From positions 21,352 through 85,351 of the forward strand of contig DF237352.1 in assembly GCA_000708835.1 (NCBI GenBank): a DNA stretch of 64,000 bases. The letters are read 5' to 3'. The notes beneath the pieces are model-generated. The model was given only the letters and a program-made list of their open reading frames with translations, ran no database searches and was not told the DNA's origin. Below, piece after piece: positions 58,801 through 64,000 of the stretch. Position 1 is the first letter of the stretch; the number at the start of each line of letters is the position of its first letter. Made by a program: the position numbers and the translations under genes. This DNA is from Klebsormidium nitens. Taxonomy: Eukaryota; Plantae; Klebsormidiophyceae.

Positions 58801-60452
58801 TTCGGCGAAGCATCTCGTTTACCTCCTCGATTCCCCCCAATTGCACCAAGCTAGATTCTTCTGTAGCGAGCGCGCGATAGAGTTTCTCCGCGCTGCATCA
58901 GTACCCCAGGCTGCTGCCATTCTGCTTCCGCAAGAGGTGGAGTCGATCATCGAGCTTCTCATAAGCTCTGAGCATCTAAGACTTGCAGATCTAGGTGTGG
59001 CACGGAAACTCGCAGAGCGAGCTCCGGTTCTCGGACGGTTCCTACAAGGGCGGCTCGCTCAAGCGGGCAACCAGCTTGGCGAAGCAGATTGCCTCCTCCT
59101 TCGAGACCTGCTAGTCGTTGCACGGAAGTCGTACGTTGAGGAACCGATTGAGGCGTTCAAGAAGCTCAGAAGACGCAAAATGGACGACGCCCAAAGCGAA
59201 AGAGACTCCCCAGGTGAGAACCGAACCGCTGCACGCCATTACGTGATTTAAATTACATGCTGCGTTTTTGCTTTGATAGGAAAGTTTCTTTGGCTTCTGA
59301 TCTGGTCAAGATGTTTCTTGACCAGTGTGCTTTACATAGAGTTGTCCAAAAGCAACTTACGTCTCGGCCTTTCAGTACGCTACACAATTTCCTGAACAAA
59401 GGTCACCAGATGCGATGATCAATCCTAGACGAACGGCTCCAAAAGGACGACGATTAGTCAGGTTTTGCGTGTCGGACTGTTGCCATCCGGGTACCCTCCA
59501 ATCAGCTCAAGTGAAGGCAACCTTCGACAACAGCGTTGGGGGCTTCATCACGATGTCGAGCGTGTCAGGCGTGTCTCAGAACCGTGCCTGCTTTGTTGTA
59601 GAGGGGCAGGATTTTGATTAGGAAAAGGTGATATACGCTTACCCTATCCCGACGGAGCAGAGAGTGTACTCTTCTCGAGAAAGAAACAAATCTTGAAGGT
59701 GGTGGCCCAACGTCTTGTGATTCTGTCGACCCTTGAAGAGCACCACGAATCATTTAGTGCTCGGTCTAAAAACTTGTACACCGATGCGAACTACCCGTAT
59801 GCAGACCGTTCACGACGGGATGTCTTTTTGTGCAGGAGCGCTCGATATGGACGCCATGTCCGAAGATGAACAGTTCCTTCGGACTGGACACTACTTCCCG
59901 AACCAGCCCATCTCGCGGCAGCTTCCACCATACGCCGCCGACTCTTTCAGTCAGAAGGTGGGGCCGACCTGCACGAAATACAAGAGCCAACATAAGAAGC
60001 TCACTCCGGGCATCTTCCCCTTCTTCTGCATCTTTTGCGCGATGTGCGTTGGCTTTGTGGTCCTACCAAGCGCGGAGTCTCCCAAGATCGTGTTCCAGAC
60101 CCTGTTCACCCGTTTCAGAAAACTGAAGCGCTTCATCTGCGACAACGTCTGCCACTTGTTTTCTTATGCTTTGAATAGAGAGCCGAAATGGGCGGGGGAC
60201 ATCCACTCGCTTATAGACAGATTACACACCGTCAATCACAAAGACTGCAGTCCAGCTTTTGGAATTGACAGGTACGCTTCCTTACGATCAGTTAACTCGC
60301 AGCGTAGTGAACAGAAAAACTCGAGGCTCGTGAACGCGAAAACCCAGGCCGCATACATGAAGCAGAGCAACTTCTTGATATTTATGCGTTACTATCTGCA
60401 CTGTTTGAATAGGCAAGAAGAGCTCGGCGATCTGCTAGGTGTGGACAAATAG
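55886..60452 (+). CDS. CxC/KDZ-type (Kyakuja-Dileera-Zisupton / HMGXB3-like) transposase-like protein (about 1042 aa, 3 exons)
   Basis: Exons 55886-57504 (TG/gtgagt), 58321-59213 (tctag/; G/gtgaga) and 59836-60452 (tgcag/) are in frame (3129 nt). SWIM-like WCNCC...CIH and CTEC...CWHV; CxC-like CGSC...CPCG; LIGDGVTLG; GHYFP...CTK...LTPGIF; ESPKIVFQTLFTRF; ICDNVCHL...NREP; IDRLH..NH..CS; NSQRSEQKN. The start may be the later M(SNAPS). Confidence 0.8.
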
Positions 60453-61564
60453 TGCTCATGCTTATCAAGAGAACTTCTCGGTCTGCTGAACAATAATCTG
60501 TGACGCAATCTGTGGGACGGAATCGTAGGATGGAATTTTCATGATTAGAAATCTGACTCAAGACTCAGTTTGGGATTTCATGCACTATACCGCGTGTATA
60601 GTACCGAGATCGGATCCTAAGTGGGCTGTACAACATATGTGAATATAATATATATGTGCAAGCATCATGGCATGTGACTGAACAATTTGCTAGTAAGTCG
60701 GACAGCGCGCATGTCGATCACGAGTACAAGGATGCATGGATCGACTCAAAATCTTTTCACTGGGTGAATTCCGGCTCCGAAGATACATGATAGCACGAAT
60801 ATTGTTTATGAAACATCGTTCGCGTGCGTGCATGGCTTGGCAAGTGGCCGTCAGACGTAGTGCCATGCAGGTGCGGCGCGAGATTGGATACTGATACTTG
60901 CACTGTTCTCACCATGTGACCAAACGGTACTAATAAATGACTCAAAATTCTCATGGCATAAAGACATTCAAAGCTGTAGCTTTCCTCTTTCAAGACGTGA
61001 CCACGATTGAAGCTAGACATGTCACTGGACGTACACATTGGCAGCTTAGTTGTGCGCCGAGCTTGCGCTGGATTCAGACGCGGTATCATAACATTGAGAC
61101 CTAGCTATAGCTCGCCGGGCCCATGTTGTAATATCAGTATAATAAGTTTTATTAATTCGTGATCGAGTCGAGACTTTTGTCCGTGTGATGAGAAGCCTAG
61201 AAACGATTGAAATGTATGCATTCATTTGCCGTGCGCATGACGCAATCCGTGCCACGCCTTTTTCTTGTTTCCTTCATCTTCAGTACGATTAAAGTCATGC
61301 ACGTTGGATGCTTTGCCGTGCAATGCCATGCATGATAATCATGTAGAGTCAATGCGAGTAATTTATCTATAAAGGCTATGTAGCTCAGGTTGAACGAATG
61401 ATCCATTGACTCACGTGTGAACCATTGCATGCCCCATTCAATTGTTTTTCAGGTCACCGGCATGGTGTCAAGCTATCTCACATGATGCCGAACGACATGC
61501 TGTAGATTTTCAATGAATGGAAACGCCTATCAGGTGTACCAAAACGTACACCAAATCTACCACA

Positions 61565-64000
61565 TCAACGCAAGTGATCACCGTTCTCTGGAAGCAGATT
61601 ATGGTCTCTCAACACCTCTAAGTCGAGTGCCCTATAGATTGTCCAACGGAGCCTCCAAGTGCTCAACCCCACGTGATCAATCTTGGATGCCTTGGCAAAC
61701 TCCACCAATACCTGCAGGTCAACTTCGTCGAGGCTTACAAACTTTGGCCCGTGAGCTGATCCTGCAACCAACAACTCAAACTCCTCCGACCCAACCTGTT
61801 TGTATAACTCCTTGCAAGGCCGCGCTTCAATTGCTTGGATCATGGCCTTGGTAGCAATGTCTTCAGGCACGCTGGCACGAAGTCTGGCCACCCGCTCATT
61901 GTGCCGCTTTACGAATGTCCTCATGGAGGAGTTCCGGCCACCCCTAGCCCGTTTCTCGCCACCACTAGTTGTCATGTACTCGACATAGTCTTCTAAGTTC
62001 TCGAAATAGACACCAGCCGAAGCCGCTTTCTTCCGTTTCTGACCGATTCGCTGGGCGGAATTCGCGTCGATCGGCCTCAGAGGCTCCGAGGCAGGCTCTG
62101 AGAACACTACACGTGGCTTCCGCTTGCTCCTCAAGCCAGTGCCGGCTGCCGGAGCTTGATGAGTTCCGTTTACCGGGTCTTCTGCGGCGGGTGCCTGCGT
62201 CGCCGACCCTCTCAAAGGACTTGCGGGATCCTGGGGCTGCTCCCGACCTGCACGAAGGGCGAGCATGGACATCGATTGGGGCGCTGTCTCGAATGACTAT
62301 ACCGGTCAAGCACCAGTAATCTTTCCCTGAATGGTGGAGCAGAACCAACAGATTCTCACAGTCCTGAGGTTCAAAGTTCTTGAAGAGTAACAACCCGAGG
62401 TCGGGATCAACTATGTGGGCTTTCGGCCATGGTACTGTAAAAGAGAAGGGGAGGTTTGAGCACCGAAAGCTAAGTCTGGCTGGGGCCAAGGAAGCGCTTC
62501 GCTCGCTGCAGATTGGAACATCGCTTGTCAACACGGCTCTCCCGGTATGTACCGAAAGCTAAAGGCCCTTAGACTAGGCGCTCACCTGTCGTGTAGGCCG
62601 CTGTTCCCTTGTTGACTGCCGGACCCTGATCGGAAGCTGGCTGCCCCGCCGAAGCTGCAGGGGAGTTGTTGTCCGAAGGACCAGGTGCAGCGCTCGTTGC
62701 TCTTGCGGGATTTTCCGCTGGGCGAGGTGGTCCAGACGCCTCCTCGGCTGCAGTGTTTACAACAAAACAAAATGAGGGCTCCGGACTGTGCATAGACCAG
62801 GAGGTACGGACTGCTCCCGAAGACCGGCTGGTGGATGCATCTGACTTTCCAAGGGAAAGAATCGAAGACTTGCTTCGACCCGATCAGATCTAGGTTGAAG
62901 TCTGTAACTGAGAGTCTTTTGAGCCTGATGCTCCAAACTGAAGGGCTGCAGGTTGAACACGTTCGAAAGCTCCGAATAGACAGGCGGACTTCGACCACCT
63001 TTCAAGTACAAACGACGAGGATCCTTGAGCTCTGAGTCGACTTCAGAATAGCTTACTCGGAGGTTGTCCAGGAAAACCAAACCTAGTTCGAGCAAACCAG
63101 AAGACTTTGTGTTCCAACACACGGCATCGTAGCAACGAAGAGAAGGAGTCGTAGAAATTGAAACACCCAAGGCAAGACTCAACGAGTAAACTTCCTCTAA
63201 TGCGTCCAATCCGTTGAAAGATGATGTGCAAGAACTTCCAGCTGCACTTACCGGGCGCATTAGCAGCGTCCACGTTAGCATCGTCCCCAGGAATAGGGCG
63301 AGTCGCTGCTTGAACGCTCCCTTGGCGATGCTGGTCATCAGTTGCGAAGACATCGCCTCCAGGATGGGACTCTGGGACGGGCGCTGCCGCAGGGCCGGAC
63401 TCTCCAGTAGAACCTACGGAGAGAAGCTATGGTAAAGTTAGCATACGGATTCATATAATGCCGGTTTCAAGAAGTTGCAAATGACTACTAAAAAGCGAGG
63501 ACCTCGACCTAGCAACGTGCACCTTATGAGAAGGGTTAAAATAGGTGGCTGAGCGACTAATCTTTTCTCTGCATCACCTACGGCTGCCAAAAGGGACCGT
63601 TTGCAAAAAGCACAATTATCGGCCTTGGAACATTACGACGCCAGACCATTATAAGCCGCGTTTTCGAAGAGAGTCAAATGGCCTTGAAAGAGCAATGTCC
63701 AACAGGTAAGACATGCAAAAGAAGCTTCAGATAACTCGACTCACTTATACCAACCTTCATCATGTCCACCTTGCAACAACCGTTGGGGTTCAAGAGGCGA
63801 AATCTCAGAATTACGAATTTTCTTGCATGGAATCATTTCTTGTGTCCCCTTATGTTTCGCACCTTCGGTGTTTGGGGCAGCACCTGGCGCACGCGGGTGC
63901 TTCTTCTTGGTGTGCCTCTCAAGCCCGCTCCGAGTCGTGAACCCTGCATGGGTGGTGCACTCGGGATGAAGACACTTGAAAGGCCGCTTGATGCCATGCC
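61565..64000 (-). CDS. Partial gene (5' end outside window): C2H2 zinc finger, Ala/Pro-rich linker, basic NLS-like region and C-terminal HEH/Rho_N-like motif
   Basis: Exons >64000-63755, 63252-63413, 62586-62747 and 61565-62247 are joined by phase-1 introns. KRPFKCLHPECTTHAGFTTRSGLERHTKKKH at 63897-63989 (missed by the ORF track). C-terminal LDEVDLQVLVEFAKASKIDHVGLSTWRLRWTIYRAL. Confidence 0.7.

Noticed and set aside
62582-63353. 198-aa and 138-aa minus-strand ORFs as a separate membrane-protein gene
   Set aside because: They overlap, out of frame, two well-bounded phase-1 exons and an intron of the C2H2 gene, and contain no recognisable motif.

Overview
Eukaryotic, intron-rich DNA with GT-AG introns and GC-rich exons. 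A plastid-targeted aldolase suggests a green alga or streptophyte; a Klebsormidium-like charophyte is my inference, not a demonstrated result. No rRNA, tRNA or CRISPR features were seen. Gene models were assembled by hand from splice signals and reading-frame continuity, and all family assignments come from remembered motifs, not database searches. Left to right: (1) a SAM-domain gene (-) head-to-head with an intact three-exon CACTA/EnSpm-type transposase (+, about 1262 aa) ending in two BAH-like modules, followed by a two-orientation TGCCCGG motif array ending in CTGTGGG; (2) a tandem array of four diverged two-exon paralogs (-) encoding 83-100 aa Gly/Ala-rich proteins with two predicted membrane segments and a TPxSW loop, each with a GC-rich upstream island; (3) an 8-exon plastid class I fructose-bisphosphate aldolase (-) with an atypical C-terminus; (4) a divergent 4-exon gene (+) starting with a histone H3-like tail (MARTKATARR) but lacking a histone fold; (5) a 19-exon, about 1417 aa membrane-anchored subtilase (-) with a PPC-like domain, four ADAMTS-type TSP1 repeats and EGF/Cys-rich modules; (6) a 6-exon dienelactone hydrolase (-); (7) an intact three-exon CxC/KDZ-type transposase-like gene (+, about 1042 aa) and a convergent, partial C2H2-finger gene (-). 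Several introns contain decaying copies of the adjacent exon boundary, mostly at 130-160 bp spacing. The best candidates for undescribed biology are the four-gene small membrane protein array, the ADAMTS-like subtilase with a possible soluble/membrane splice switch, and the H3-tail mimic.
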